A stretch of DNA of 37,236 nt from a virus (Duplodnaviria > Heunggongvirae > Uroviricota > Caudoviricetes). The stretch is taken from the IMG/VR virus record IMGVR_UViG_2778261175_000003. One strand, given 5' to 3'. Made by a program: the position numbers and the translations under genes. The notes beneath the pieces were generated by a model. The model had not been told where the DNA came from and did no database searches. It was given only the letters and a program-made list of their open reading frames with translations. Shown one piece after another: positions 17,119 through 27,084 of this stretch; within the stretch, counting starts at the first letter, position 1, and every line of letters begins with the position of its first letter.

Positions 17119-17470
17119 TGTCGCTCCTGAGTGTCAGTGTGTTCTGTACGGTTTCCAGGCTTTCTGTCAGCGTGCCGGTGAGGGTGATAACGGCTTTTCC
17201 GCCCGCCTCCCACTGAATGTCAACGGCATTCAGGGCGATGCGTGGCTCCCACTGTGTCAGGGCAATCACCACGGCACTCATGCACTGAAGGCGGGTTGTG
17301 GCATTCATCGGTGCATCCAGCAAATCCGGCAGCAGGCTGCCGTATTCCCGGCGCATCACCCGGCTGGTGAGCGGTGTCAGCAGAATATCCCTCACGCTGT
17401 TCCACAGATGGTCCGTATCGCTGAGCGTGCCGGTGGCCTCGGGGTTCATCCCCAGAAAACGTGCACTCAC
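17105..17470 (-). CDS. W: Baseplate protein W (gp25-like)
   Basis: Size and position; similarity to P2 gpW. Confidence 0.8.
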   Translation of the reverse strand: MSARFLGMNPEATGTLSDTDHLWNSVRDILLTPLTSRVMRREYGSLLPDLLDAPMNATTRLQCMSAVVIALTQWEPRIALNAVDIQWEAGGKAVITLTGTLTESLETVQNTLTLRSDNASR

Positions 17471-18048
17471 TGCGGGCCTCCTGTGGTGTCGCCGCCGCTC
17501 TTCACGCCACTGTGTTTGTGCGTGTGCAGCGTCACACCGTTGGAGGTGAAATCACCGCCGCTGTGCGAGATATTGCCACTCAGGGTTCCGCCTTCTGTCA
17601 CCTCAAACGTTGCCGCTTTCAGATGGTTTGTGCAGGTGACGGTGGGGGTGTCCAGCGTCACGCCCGTTCCGGCCTGAATGGTGGCTGTTCTGATTCCGCT
17701 GGCGCTCAGTGCACCTGCGTCCGCATCGTAGCGGAACACCGCGCCGTCAGGCGCTGTGACCACGATTTCCGTCAGGCTGCTGCCGGGCGCAGGATGTTCG
17801 CTGCTCCAGAGACTGCCGATGACGGTGGCGGTTGCGGGGTCGCCATTGATACAGGCAATCATGACCTGTTCGCCCACGGCAGGCGGCAGCCATACGCTGA
17901 ACGCGCCCGCGCGTGGTGTGTTCCAGCGCAGCCAGTCGGTTTCCAGCTCTCCGCTGCGCACACGAACGCGCCACGTGGTTTCGTCCACGGCAAAAATCAC
18001 GCCCGTGCGGATGGTGTTTGCAAGCAGTCGCATGATTTCCGCTGTCAT
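17467..18048 (-). CDS. V: Baseplate spike/hub protein V
   Basis: Similarity to P2 gpV; position. Confidence 0.8.
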   Translation of the reverse strand: MTAEIMRLLANTIRTGVIFAVDETTWRVRVRSGELETDWLRWNTPRAGAFSVWLPPAVGEQVMIACINGDPATATVIGSLWSSEHPAPGSSLTEIVVTAPDGAVFRYDADAGALSASGIRTATIQAGTGVTLDTPTVTCTNHLKAATFEVTEGGTLSGNISHSGGDFTSNGVTLHTHKHSGVKSGGDTTGGPQ

Positions 18049-18683
18049 CGTGCCGCACTCCTCAGGGAGCGGATAATCGTGTCGTGTACCAGGCGTTCGT
18101 CGGCTGCCGTGATACCCAGCAGTTCACGCACCGGGTAGGTGGTCATCACGCCCGGAGCCACCTCGTCGCGTAACCCTGCCTGATGCACGCGGGCAATCCG
18201 TGCCGCCAGGCCATCGAAGCCCACAACAGCGCCTTCCGCATCTGAGCGCATTTTTAACCAGCGGTATGTGCGAAGACGCGCGAACATCGGCGTGCTTTTT
18301 TTGCTGGTCTGGCGGGCAGACATGGACGATACCGCGATGTATCGCTCAATATCATCACGGTAAAACGTCCTCAGCGCACCGCCACGGTCAGGGTCGCGCC
18401 CGATAATGGCGCGGCCTTTCCGGTAACGCTTGTGGCCCCACTGGCGTAACGTGCGCACTTCACCGTTCCATACAAATTTCACTTCACGGCGGGTGTGCAT
18501 CACCTGCCGTTTTCGTGCCGGATACGGCGAGCCGTCTGCGTTCTTCTGTGCGCGGATGCGCGCCTGCTGGCTCCGGCGCAGCGCCTGCCCGACAGCCCGC
18601 GCCGTGCGTGCCCGTCCGGCGGCGGAAAGCCCGCTCAGGATGTCGCGAAAAACCGCGTCCGTTTCATGCGTCGTCGTGTTCAT
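18045..18683 (-). CDS. S: Virion morphogenesis / tail completion protein in the gpS position
   Basis: Position between R and V as in P2; basic protein. Similarity to P2 gpS itself not confidently recognised. Confidence 0.55.
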   Translation of the reverse strand: MNTTTHETDAVFRDILSGLSAAGRARTARAVGQALRRSQQARIRAQKNADGSPYPARKRQVMHTRREVKFVWNGEVRTLRQWGHKRYRKGRAIIGRDPDRGGALRTFYRDDIERYIAVSSMSARQTSKKSTPMFARLRTYRWLKMRSDAEGAVVGFDGLAARIARVHQAGLRDEVAPGVMTTYPVRELLGITAADERLVHDTIIRSLRSAAR

Positions 18684-19146
18684 CCGTCAAATCCTTAAAG
18701 GTCACATCCTCAACAATCAGCTCCCCCCATGTGCCCGTCAGTGCGGCAGGCGGGCGGGGTTCCGGCAGGTGCACCGGATACAGTTCACCCCGTTCATTGC
18801 GGCAGACTTTCACGCGCTCGCGCACGGGAATTTCCAGTAACAGGTCGGTGCTGTCGTCGTCATTGACGGCAACGGAAAACTTAACGTCCTGGTTTTTTTC
18901 CGGGTTAAGCAGCAAATCCGGCTGGTTGTGCATGAGCCAGACAATCAGCGGCAGCATCAGCTCGTCGATGTGCCCCGGAAAATCCATGACGAAGGCCACG
19001 AGTGTGTAACGGTAGACAAACGTCGGGGTTTCACCGGTGGTCTCAATACTTCCGCTTTCTGCAAACACGGTGAGTTTTTCCGGATTCGCGCGACACCACC
19101 GGGATGAGGCGGTGAGGGCTTCGCGCAGACGGTTCATTTTCAGCAT
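18664..19146 (-). CDS. R: Tail completion protein R
   Basis: Similarity to P2 gpR (MLK...LR.ALT......NP..L..F...GSI, RYTL). Confidence 0.75.
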   Translation of the reverse strand: MLKMNRLREALTASSRWCRANPEKLTVFAESGSIETTGETPTFVYRYTLVAFVMDFPGHIDELMLPLIVWLMHNQPDLLLNPEKNQDVKFSVAVNDDDSTDLLLEIPVRERVKVCRNERGELYPVHLPEPRPPAALTGTWGELIVEDVTFKDLTDEHDDA

Positions 19147-19155
19147 GACTTCTCC

Positions 19156-19449
19156 TTACGGTCGCATCCGGCGTTGTTGTTCGGTTGCTTTAATGGCTGC
19201 CTTGTCGGCGTTGCAGCTCTCCAGCGCGTCCAGCAGCCGGTCACTCCAGACGGCCAGTCCGCCCCACGTCAGCGGTCGGGGCAGGGATGGTGCTGGCGTT
19301 GGCTGTGTCAGGCTTTCCGGCAGCGGTGCGTGCTGCGTCTGGGTGACCACGACGGGGCGCGGTGCGCTGCTGCAGGCGGTCAGCAACAGCGGCAGGCACA
19401 GCAGCAGCCGCGCACGGATTTTCCCGGAGTGCGTTGCGTATCTCTTCAC
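19156..19449 (-). CDS. lysC: o-spanin (Rz1/LysC-like lipoprotein) embedded in the +1 frame of lysB
   Basis: Frame contains VKRYATHSGKIRARLLLCLPLLLTACSS (lipobox LTAC) and a Pro-rich mature region. Start inferred at GTG (codon 73 of track ORF 19156-19665). Confidence 0.55.
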   Translation of the reverse strand: MKRYATHSGKIRARLLLCLPLLLTACSSAPRPVVVTQTQHAPLPESLTQPTPAPSLPRPLTWGGLAVWSDRLLDALESCNADKAAIKATEQQRRMRP

Positions 19450-19687
19450 GGCGTTTTTCTCCCTCCTGATTCCGGTGCTGCTCTGCGGCGCGGACCTGCG
19501 CCAGCAGGCCGCTGATGCCCCGGAGTTCTGCATGAAGTGCATCCACGGCGGCATTCGTTCCCGCCAGCGCCTGTTCGTGATATTCACGACGTGCCCGTTC
19601 ATGCCCTGCCTGCCAGGCCAGACGCAGCGACACCAGATACAGCGCCCCTGAAAACAGGGCGACAATGGCGGCGGTGGTCAGTCTCAT
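19241..19687 (-). CDS. lysB: i-spanin (Rz/LysB-like)
   Basis: Start at MRLTTAAIVALFSGALYLV (N-terminal TM) followed by a coiled-coil region; position after the endolysin. Confidence 0.7.
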   Translation of the reverse strand: MRLTTAAIVALFSGALYLVSLRLAWQAGHERARREYHEQALAGTNAAVDALHAELRGISGLLAQVRAAEQHRNQEGEKRREEIRNALRENPCAAAAVPAAVADRLQQRTAPRRGHPDAARTAAGKPDTANASTIPAPTADVGRTGRLE

Positions 19688-20226
19688 TTCTGTTTCTCCG
19701 CATCCCGCAGACACCAGGTGCGAAAATCGCTGCGGCGGTTAACCAGTCCCTGACTGCGCTTCCCGCCCGCATTCACAAAATCCGTGAGGCGGGTGCACAT
19801 CAGCGCCCAGTTATGCGTCTGTGCCTGTTTCCAGATGGTGGTGCGCTGGCGCTTTCCGTTGCGGTCCTTAAACCACATCAGACCGGAGCACCCCAGATTG
19901 AAGGCCGCATCCGTCATCGCCTCGAAGGCCGACTGCGGCATGGCTGCCCCCTGAAAATTCTGGTTAATACAGTTCTCCGCCCGCTGCATGTCATTCACCC
20001 AGCGACGGGCCACCTCCTGCTCGCTGTACAGGTGTTTCTGTACGTTTCCCGTGGAGCCGCAGCCCACGGTGGCAACACCCGCGATGTCCGTGTAGGGTGT
20101 GGCGCGGCAGTCTTCCCACGTGGCAATTTTTATCTGTGCCTCCTGTGAGGTGCGCAGTGCTTCGGGAGCCAGCGAGACACCCAGCGCCACAATCACGGCG
20201 GCGGCATATCGCTTAATGTTTTTCAT
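19684..20226 (-). CDS. K: Endolysin, GH24 lysozyme with probable signal-anchor-release (SAR) N-terminus
   Basis: Start at MKNIKRYAAAVIVALGVSLA; catalytic E-x8-D-x5-T pattern (EDCRATPYTDIAGVAT) as in T4/P1-type lysozymes. Confidence 0.8.
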   Translation of the reverse strand: MKNIKRYAAAVIVALGVSLAPEALRTSQEAQIKIATWEDCRATPYTDIAGVATVGCGSTGNVQKHLYSEQEVARRWVNDMQRAENCINQNFQGAAMPQSAFEAMTDAAFNLGCSGLMWFKDRNGKRQRTTIWKQAQTHNWALMCTRLTDFVNAGGKRSQGLVNRRSDFRTWCLRDAEKQK

Positions 20227-20506
20227 CGTTATCCCGTTGCAGTGCGGCAAGCGCCCGTTGTTCACTTTCATGAAGCCCGCGCGTTCCGGCCTGCGCCAGA
20301 ATCTGTGCAATCAGCGCATTGCGGCGTACCTGTGCACGCTCCATGCGGCGGCGGTGAAGCCAGCCCTGAAAGAGTGAAAGCGCACCCAGCAGCAGCCCGG
20401 CCAGTGCGATTTTTTCGCTGATGGTCATCGCGCCAATCGTGACCGCAGAGACGGAGGCGGCGAAGGCGATGTGGTCGTAAATACTGCGAAAAAAACCTAA
20501 TCCCAT
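20213..20506 (-). CDS. Y: Holin
   Basis: Small membrane protein (start MGLGFFRSIY.., hydrophobic segments, charged C-terminus) immediately upstream of the endolysin. Confidence 0.7.
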   Translation of the reverse strand: MGLGFFRSIYDHIAFAASVSAVTIGAMTISEKIALAGLLLGALSLFQGWLHRRRMERAQVRRNALIAQILAQAGTRGLHESEQRALAALQRDNDEKH

Positions 20507-20703
20507 AACTGCACCGTCTCCCGTGTTTTTTTCTCTTCCTGCTCCGGTAATTCCACTTCCTGTCCGGCTTCCAGAAAAATCTGTCCGCACAGCCCCGGAT
20601 TGGCGGCCAGCACCTTTTCAGTCACGCCCTGCGTTGTGCCGTAGTGCCGGAAGCACAGCAGGTCAACGGTGTCGCCCTGTAATGCCTTCACCTTCATCAG
20701 CAC
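20497..20703 (-). CDS. X: Tail protein X
   Basis: 68 aa; matches P2 gpX (..ALQGDT.D..C.R.YG.T.GV.E.VLAANPGL..). Confidence 0.85.
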   Translation of the reverse strand: MLMKVKALQGDTVDLLCFRHYGTTQGVTEKVLAANPGLCGQIFLEAGQEVELPEQEEKKTRETVQLWD

Positions 20704-21191
20704 AGCCTCGCAAAGATGCGTGGTGCGCCCTGTATATCGGCAATGGCCCAGCGCACGTCGCGCCAGAGGTCACCGGTCTGGGCTTCCAGTGCGTCCGCTT
20801 TCCGGTCGCCCTGTTCGGTGGTGTCCACATCGCGCACGCGCTCCAGTATCAGGGCGCGGGTGGCGGCATACACCGCAAGGCGGAAGCGGTGCACATTGAC
20901 GCTTTCGCCGTTCACGCGGGAGGCCGGAACGTCCGCCAGCGTGTGGTATCCGTCATTCATCTGCTGCGTCTGCCAGTTGCGCAGCTCACCGGTGACGTGT
21001 GCCACGGCTTCGGTTGCCGCGTGCATCAGACGCGACGTGGTGGTGCGACCGGGCAGGCGAACGGCAAGGCGCAGCGCGCGCAGTTCTGTCTCCGGCCAGA
21101 AGTCGTCCGTGGTGATGCGTGCATCACCGTCGTCCGTGTCCGCGACATCCTCCGTCGCGGCAGTGATACCGGGTTTTGCAATCATGCTCAT
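20697..21191 (-). CDS. L: Head completion/stabilisation protein L
   Basis: Size and position between X and M as in P2. Confidence 0.7.
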   Translation of the reverse strand: MSMIAKPGITAATEDVADTDDGDARITTDDFWPETELRALRLAVRLPGRTTTSRLMHAATEAVAHVTGELRNWQTQQMNDGYHTLADVPASRVNGESVNVHRFRLAVYAATRALILERVRDVDTTEQGDRKADALEAQTGDLWRDVRWAIADIQGAPRIFARLC

Positions 21192-21314
21192 GACGAGCCT
21201 CCGTAAAAAAATCAGGCGGTGGGCGAACGGTCAGAAGGTCGCAGAGTTAAAAACCAGGTGACCGTCCGCGCCGCCTGTCGCCGGGGCGAAGTCGTTATGC
21301 GTGAAAGCTGAATT

Positions 21315-22127
21315 TCACGCGGATTTTTTGCTTTTCCGTGTGGCAGTGGCTTTTGTGGCGCTCTTTTTGCCTGCCTTTTTCGTCACGGTTTTTGTGGTGG
21401 CGGTTTTCGCGGTGCTTTGGCTTTCCGCGTTGTTCTCCCCGCCATCACTGCTGGTCAGCTTTTTCACCGCACGGGACAGTGTGGCAATCTCGCGCTTCAC
21501 GCCCGCGTTCGGGTTCAGGTGCATCGCTTCGCGCAGCAGTTTCAGCGACAGAGTCACACTGTCTGCATCTGTCAGAGCACGACGGGAAAACGCGCGCGCC
21601 TTGCAGAGTTTGGCGCGAACCTCGTCCGGCATGTCCCGGCCGGCGACAATTTCCTGTAGCGTGTCCAGCGGGGCGATGTATCCGGACAAATCCTCGTCCT
21701 GGTCAGTGCCTGCCAGCGTCAGCACCGGGTTACAGATTTCCTCTGTCAGCAGCGTGGCGGCATCGCGCCCGAAGCTGTCCGGTGTGCTGAGGTTATGACG
21801 CACCACGTACTCACCGATACGCAGCGCCAGCGGCAAATCACCACAGTCAACGGCCCAGACCATGAGGGTGACAATCACCTCATCCTGGCGTCCGCTGTCG
21901 CTCTCCAGCGTGCCGTCAATCCAGCCGGAAAAATCCGGCAGCAGTGTCTTTTTCAGTTCTGCTTTCGCCGCCTTTGACTGAATGCCTTTCAGTCGTGCCT
22001 GTGCCAGTCGCAGGCGATGCAGGATTTGTTCGTGAGCCGTGCGCACTGTCTGTGACTGACTGTCATCGGTCAGTCCGGCGCGTTGTGCCATCGTGCGCTG
22101 AAAATGCGCCTGTGCCGGTGTCAGCAT
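21315..22127 (-). CDS. M: Terminase endonuclease (small) subunit M
   Basis: Position between N and L; Lys/Ala/Thr-rich basic C-terminal tail; similarity to P2 gpM. Confidence 0.75.
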   Translation of the reverse strand: MLTPAQAHFQRTMAQRAGLTDDSQSQTVRTAHEQILHRLRLAQARLKGIQSKAAKAELKKTLLPDFSGWIDGTLESDSGRQDEVIVTLMVWAVDCGDLPLALRIGEYVVRHNLSTPDSFGRDAATLLTEEICNPVLTLAGTDQDEDLSGYIAPLDTLQEIVAGRDMPDEVRAKLCKARAFSRRALTDADSVTLSLKLLREAMHLNPNAGVKREIATLSRAVKKLTSSDGGENNAESQSTAKTATTKTVTKKAGKKSATKATATRKSKKSA

Positions 22128-22176
22128 TGTTCTCTCCTCTTACGGGCGGTCAGCGCCTGCCCGTGGCTCAGATAAA

Positions 22177-23238
22177 TCAGTCTTCGTGATTACTTTCATC
22201 AGCCAGTTTCAGCCCCGTGATAAGGGCGCACTTGCCGAAGTCTTCCACCACCCAGGCATCGTTGGAGGACTGATAGGTTGCGATGCGGTTGTAGTCCGGC
22301 TCTTCGCGCATCAGGCGACGCAATGCCCCCACCTGGTAGTAGACGGACAGGTTGTCGAACGAGGTGATGAGCAGTGCATCTGCCGGGAAGAACGGCGCGA
22401 GATATACCGGCAGACCACCAATCAGGCGGGAGGAGGTAATCAACTGACCGGCCATCAGTTCCGTGTTCGGCGCGGCGGCACTCATGGCGTTAATGAGCGG
22501 CAGGCGCAGCGTGTTGAACAGGTCACGCCCCATCATGACCACAAGGTCGGAGGAATCCTTGTACCACTCATCCAGCAGGGATGAGCGCGCATCCTGTACC
22601 AGCGCGTCCGGGTTGTTGTACTTGCCTTTGTGGGTGACGGCGTTGTTCATATCGCGTGCCGTAATGGTGACATCAGACATCACGCGCTGGGCTGCATTCT
22701 GGCGGATGCTTTCCAGCCAGCCCACGGCGCAGTCCTGCAACAGCGGGTTACTGCTGCGGTCGGACTTCACGGCGCGGGACGTGCCGTTGAAACCAATCAT
22801 GATGCGGTCAAGGGCGACACGGCGGGCAATCTGCGCACTGACCCGTGCCTGAAAATCCGGGTGTGCGGACCACGCGTCCAGTTGCGCGTAGCTGATGAAC
22901 GTGTCGTAGTTGATTTGCTCGCAGGCGTACTGGCGTGCCGTCAGCTCGTGGAGTGATGCCGGCTCGCGGCGCTCGCTTGTACTGGTGTTCACACTGGCGG
23001 ACGGACCGTTGATGCCGATCAGGACTTTTTCGCCCTTCTGGTCGGTCACGCCGATGACGTTGATTCTTTGCAGCAGCTCGTCGCTCAGCTGAATGGCGTT
23101 TTCCATGCGCTGCTGCACGGCAGGCTGAACGTTAAAACGCTGAGCAAGCGCAGCGGGAGAAACATTGTTCATGCCCGCCTGCTGCTGCATGTACATCGCC
23201 AGAGCGCCGCGGGTGGTGGATGAAAGAGTCAGGTTCAT
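22177..23238 (-). CDS. N: Major capsid protein N
   Basis: Size (353 aa) and position; similarity to P2 gpN. Confidence 0.85.
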   Translation of the reverse strand: MNLTLSSTTRGALAMYMQQQAGMNNVSPAALAQRFNVQPAVQQRMENAIQLSDELLQRINVIGVTDQKGEKVLIGINGPSASVNTSTSERREPASLHELTARQYACEQINYDTFISYAQLDAWSAHPDFQARVSAQIARRVALDRIMIGFNGTSRAVKSDRSSNPLLQDCAVGWLESIRQNAAQRVMSDVTITARDMNNAVTHKGKYNNPDALVQDARSSLLDEWYKDSSDLVVMMGRDLFNTLRLPLINAMSAAAPNTELMAGQLITSSRLIGGLPVYLAPFFPADALLITSFDNLSVYYQVGALRRLMREEPDYNRIATYQSSNDAWVVEDFGKCALITGLKLADESNHED

Positions 23239-23247
23239 GGTTAATCC

Positions 23248-24117
23248 TCAGAAATCACAGGCGGTGTAAGCAATACCGCCGCCGGTTACGCCAGGGTGAG
23301 CAGGTGCGTCAGTGCCCGTTGCGGAGAAACGCTGATGCGGGTCGCCGTCCTGTGCCTGTAGCTGTGTACGCAGCGTGGTCAGTTCCCGGGTCAGACGGGT
23401 GATTTGTGCGCGGTCTTCGTCGCGCTGGCGTTCCTGTGCGTTGAAACGGTCAAGCAGGTCAGCGTGCGCAGAGGCCACGCGCTCCACAACGTCACGCATC
23501 TGCGCAAACTGTTCGCTGTCCGTTTTACGGCTGCCGCTGATGAGGTTCATGACACGCGCGAACCACTGAACGCCTTCGTCGTTCTGGCGCTGGTTCAGGG
23601 CAATGACGCCGGCCTCAATGGCATCGGTGAAAAACGGCGGCTCACACTGCTGATTGTTAAACGCCATCGCCTGCGCGCGCTGCTGTGCGGCAAACTGCAG
23701 ACGCTCAGTGCCAAGACTTGCCGGGCTGTCGGTCATCGCCAGTCCCTGAAGATACGGACCGCCCGTGATGAATGACTGCGGGTAAAGCTCGATGCTGGCA
23801 TAAATCTTTTTGCCGTCATCCAGCAGTTTCTTCATGCGTCCGGTGGGTTCAATTTCGGCATACAGCGCCGTGCGTCCCGCCAGCGGCCCGTCAGTGATGT
23901 CTTCTGCGCTCAGTGCCACCACATCCCCCATCGCCGCGAAGGCGCTGTCCGGGTGCGGTGAAAGGATGTGCTCAACGTTCACACGTGCGCCGTAGACGGA
24001 CGGGTCATAACTGGCGGCGGCAGCTTTCAGCATGTCGCCACAGATTTCGCGCCCGTCTGAGGTCGTACCGGAAACGGCCACGCGGAATTTTTTTCGTTCA
24101 GGTTTCTTGTCTGCCAT
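23248..24117 (-). CDS. O: Capsid scaffolding protein O
   Basis: Start at MADKKPERKKFRVAVSGT (M52 of the track ORF); similarity to P2 gpO; divergent from P. Confidence 0.85.
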   Translation of the reverse strand: MADKKPERKKFRVAVSGTTSDGREICGDMLKAAAASYDPSVYGARVNVEHILSPHPDSAFAAMGDVVALSAEDITDGPLAGRTALYAEIEPTGRMKKLLDDGKKIYASIELYPQSFITGGPYLQGLAMTDSPASLGTERLQFAAQQRAQAMAFNNQQCEPPFFTDAIEAGVIALNQRQNDEGVQWFARVMNLISGSRKTDSEQFAQMRDVVERVASAHADLLDRFNAQERQRDEDRAQITRLTRELTTLRTQLQAQDGDPHQRFSATGTDAPAHPGVTGGGIAYTACDF

Positions 24118-24182
24118 ACGGCCTCCTCGAATATCGTTGTGCTCATGATGACGCGCCCTGCGGCCCGCGCTCAACGCGGCGT

Positions 24183-24208
24183 TGTTGTCGGAGAACCGCC
24201 AGAACAGG
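24183..24208 (+). promoter_or_regulatory. Second copy of the candidate late-promoter element (TGTTGTCGGAGAACCGCCAGAACAGG) upstream of P
   Basis: 23 of 26 positions identical to the element at 5589-5614. Confidence 0.4.
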
Positions 24209-24268
24209 AACAGGAAGCGCAGGCAGGACGCGCGCGGGTAGCCTGTATGACAGGAGGTGACAGACGGC

Positions 24269-26011
24269 ATGATTCAGGACGCATTCATCAGGCTGCGGGC
24301 AAAACAGCTTTACTGGCAGGGTTACCCGCCCGCTGAAATATCGCGGCTGATGGGTATCAGTCAGAACACGATTTATTCGTGGAAAAAACGCGACGCATGG
24401 GATGAAACGCCGCCCGTGGAGCGGGTTGCGCAGTCGATTGATGCGCGGCTGGTTCAGTTGACCTCAAAAGCTGAAAAGAGCGGCGGTGATTTTAAGGAAA
24501 TCGACCTGCTGACACGCCAGCTCGCAAAACTGCATGGCAACAGGGGCGGAGCGGAAAAAAGTCCGCGAAAACGAAAGCTGAAAAACCATTTTTCCGAATC
24601 GCAGGTTGCCGCACTACGTGAACACATCACCGGTCAACTGGCAGAGCATCAGCGACGCTGGTATGAGGCGCTGGAAGTCTGCCGTCGTGCCGGTGTTGAT
24701 ATTCGCATCATTGTGAAATCCCGACAGATAGGCGCGACCTGGTATTTTGCGCAGGAGGCACTGCTGCGTGCGCTGGATGAGAGCGTGAAATATCCGTACC
24801 AGCGAAACCAGATTTTTTTGTCAGCCTCGCGCCGTCAGGCTTTTCAGTTTAAAGGCGTGATTCAGAAGGCGGCACAGGCTGTAGACGTCGAGCTGAAAGG
24901 CGGTGACAAAATTGTGCTTTCTAACGGCGCGGAACTGCATTTTCTGGGGACATCCGCCGCGACTGCACAGTCATACACGGGCAATCTGTATTTTGACGAA
25001 TTTTTCTGGGTGTCGAACTTCATCACGCTGCGCAAGGTCGCAGGCGCGATGGCCACGCTGAATGGCCTGACGCAGACCTACTTTTCCACGCCGTCATCGG
25101 AGATGCACGAGGCGTTTCAGTTCTGGAACGGGGCGCGGTGGAATGCAGGGCGACCACGCAGTGAGCGCCGGGAGATTGATGTGTCCCATCACGCCCTGAA
25201 GAGTGGCGTGCTGTGCCCCGACAGTGCGTGGCGGCAAATCGTGACGATTCAGGATGCGGTGGACCTGGGCTGGACGCTCACCAGTATCGACAAAATCCGC
25301 AACATGAACACGCCGGATGAGTTCCGCAATCTCTACATGTGCGAATTTGTCAGCGACGGCGAATCCGCCTTCGACCTTAATGCCCTGCTGGGCTGTGGTG
25401 TGGACGGCTATGACGAGTGGAATGACTGGAAACCGTTCGCAGCACGTCCGGTGGGTAATCGTCCGGTGTGGATTGGCTACGACGCTAACGGCAGCAGCGG
25501 TAACGGCGACAGCGGGGCGCTGTCTGTTGTTGTTCCGCCTGCTGTCAGGGGCGGCAAATTCCGCACGGTGGAGACATTGCAGGTGCAGGGGCTGGAATTT
25601 GAAGAGCAGGCCCGTGTGATTGAGCAGTTCACGCACAAATACAACGTGCAGCACATCGGTATCGACGTGACCGGCGGTAACGGTGAGGCGGTGTACCAGA
25701 TAGTGCGGCGGTTCTGGCCTGCCGCCGTGCCGTACACGTTCACGCTGGCATCCAAACGCGCGCTTGTGCTGAAGATGCTGCAGATTATTCGTGCGGGGCG
25801 CTGGGAGTATGACCGGGGCGAACGTGAGCTGGTCAGGGCATTCAACGCCGTGCGCAAGGCGAAAACAGCGGGCGGGGCAATAACGTATGAAACAGACCGC
25901 ACACGCGGCGTGAACCACGGCGACCTCGCGTGGGCAACCATGCTTGCCGTCATTAACGAGCCGCTGGGCGATGAGGATGGAGCAACAGGAATGCGGGTGA
26001 TTGAGTTCTGA
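24269..26011 (+). CDS. P: Terminase ATPase (large) subunit P
   Basis: Strong similarity to P2 gpP. The track GTG start at 24257 overlaps the AGGAGG Shine-Dalgarno sequence, so the ATG at 24269 is preferred. Confidence 0.85.
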   Translation: MIQDAFIRLRAKQLYWQGYPPAEISRLMGISQNTIYSWKKRDAWDETPPVERVAQSIDARLVQLTSKAEKSGGDFKEIDLLTRQLAKLHGNRGGAEKSPRKRKLKNHFSESQVAALREHITGQLAEHQRRWYEALEVCRRAGVDIRIIVKSRQIGATWYFAQEALLRALDESVKYPYQRNQIFLSASRRQAFQFKGVIQKAAQAVDVELKGGDKIVLSNGAELHFLGTSAATAQSYTGNLYFDEFFWVSNFITLRKVAGAMATLNGLTQTYFSTPSSEMHEAFQFWNGARWNAGRPRSERREIDVSHHALKSGVLCPDSAWRQIVTIQDAVDLGWTLTSIDKIRNMNTPDEFRNLYMCEFVSDGESAFDLNALLGCGVDGYDEWNDWKPFAARPVGNRPVWIGYDANGSSGNGDSGALSVVVPPAVRGGKFRTVETLQVQGLEFEEQARVIEQFTHKYNVQHIGIDVTGGNGEAVYQIVRRFWPAAVPYTFTLASKRALVLKMLQIIRAGRWEYDRGERELVRAFNAVRKAKTAGGAITYETDRTRGVNHGDLAWATMLAVINEPLGDEDGATGMRVIEF

Positions 26012-27066
26012 TGAAAAAACAAAAACGAAAACAAACGTATTCCCGCCGGGATGACGGCGGGGATCTGGCAGATGCACTGCGTCATCAGCCATCGTTAAGC
26101 GCTTTCTCGTTTGACGGGCCTTATGATGCGCACGCGCTCGACCTGCTGGATAACGCATACTGCCTGAGTAACGGCAGGTACTACGAAACACCCGTTGACT
26201 GGTACGGGCTGGCGCGGGCATCCCGGCAGACCTCGTGGCATCAGTCGGCGCTGTACTTCAAACGAAATGCCATTCTGGGCTGCTTCATTCCGCACCGGCT
26301 GCTGTCCCGGCAGGCGTTCTCCGCCTTTGCGCTGGACTGGTTTGTCTTCGGGAATGCGTTTCTTGAACTGCGCACCAACAGGCTGGGCGGAAAACTGGAA
26401 CTGCGGCACGCACTGGCGAAGTACACCCGCCGTGGTGTGGAGCCGGATGTGTACTGGTTTGTGCAGACGGGCGAGCAGGATCACGAGTTCCGTCAGGGGC
26501 GCGTCTGTCATGTGCTGAACCCTGACATCAACCAGGAGATGTACGGAATGCCGGAATATCTCGGCGGCCTGTTGTCTGCCAGTCTGTCGCATTCGGCAGA
26601 TCGTTTTCGCAAACTCTACTATGACAACGGTTCACACGCAGGCTGCATTATTTACGTGGGAGCAGCACAGGTTGACCGCGAAAGCATGCAGGCGCTCGAA
26701 AGAGCGTTGCAGGGCGCAAGAGGCGGTGGGGCATTCAAAAACCTGCTGCTCCAGGCACCGAACGGCGGGAAGGACGGTGTGCAAATCCTGCCGTTCCAGC
26801 AGATCACCGCCCGGGATGAGTTTATGAACGTCAAGGCTGCCTCCCGCGATGATGTGCTGGCTGCTCACCGCGTACCACCACAACTGATGGGCGCAATGCC
26901 CAGCGGACAGGGGTCATTTGGTGATGTGGAGAAGGCGGCAAGAGTGTTTGCGATCAACGAACTGATGCCGGTGATGGAGGCGATGAAGCACGTTAATGAC
27001 TGGCTGGGCGAGGAGGTGATCCGCTTTAACCCTTACGCACTGCTGGATACCCCGCCCACATCCTGA
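26011..27066 (+). CDS. Q: Portal (capsid vertex) protein Q
   Basis: Similarity to P2 gpQ; coupled to P (ATGA overlap). Confidence 0.85.
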   Translation: MKKQKRKQTYSRRDDGGDLADALRHQPSLSAFSFDGPYDAHALDLLDNAYCLSNGRYYETPVDWYGLARASRQTSWHQSALYFKRNAILGCFIPHRLLSRQAFSAFALDWFVFGNAFLELRTNRLGGKLELRHALAKYTRRGVEPDVYWFVQTGEQDHEFRQGRVCHVLNPDINQEMYGMPEYLGGLLSASLSHSADRFRKLYYDNGSHAGCIIYVGAAQVDRESMQALERALQGARGGGAFKNLLLQAPNGGKDGVQILPFQQITARDEFMNVKAASRDDVLAAHRVPPQLMGAMPSGQGSFGDVEKAARVFAINELMPVMEAMKHVNDWLGEEVIRFNPYALLDTPPTS

Positions 27067-27084
27067 CGCGCTCCGCTTGTCTGC

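Noticed and set aside
16339-18138. Several plus-strand ORFs (16339-16986, 16949-17677, 17461-18138) antisense to J, W and V
   Set aside because: Overlap confidently assigned baseplate genes on the other strand; GC-rich frame artefacts.
25094-26221. 375-aa minus-strand ORF antisense to terminase gene P
   Set aside because: Shadow of a confidently identified gene; Arg/Pro/His-rich product with no coupling or RBS.
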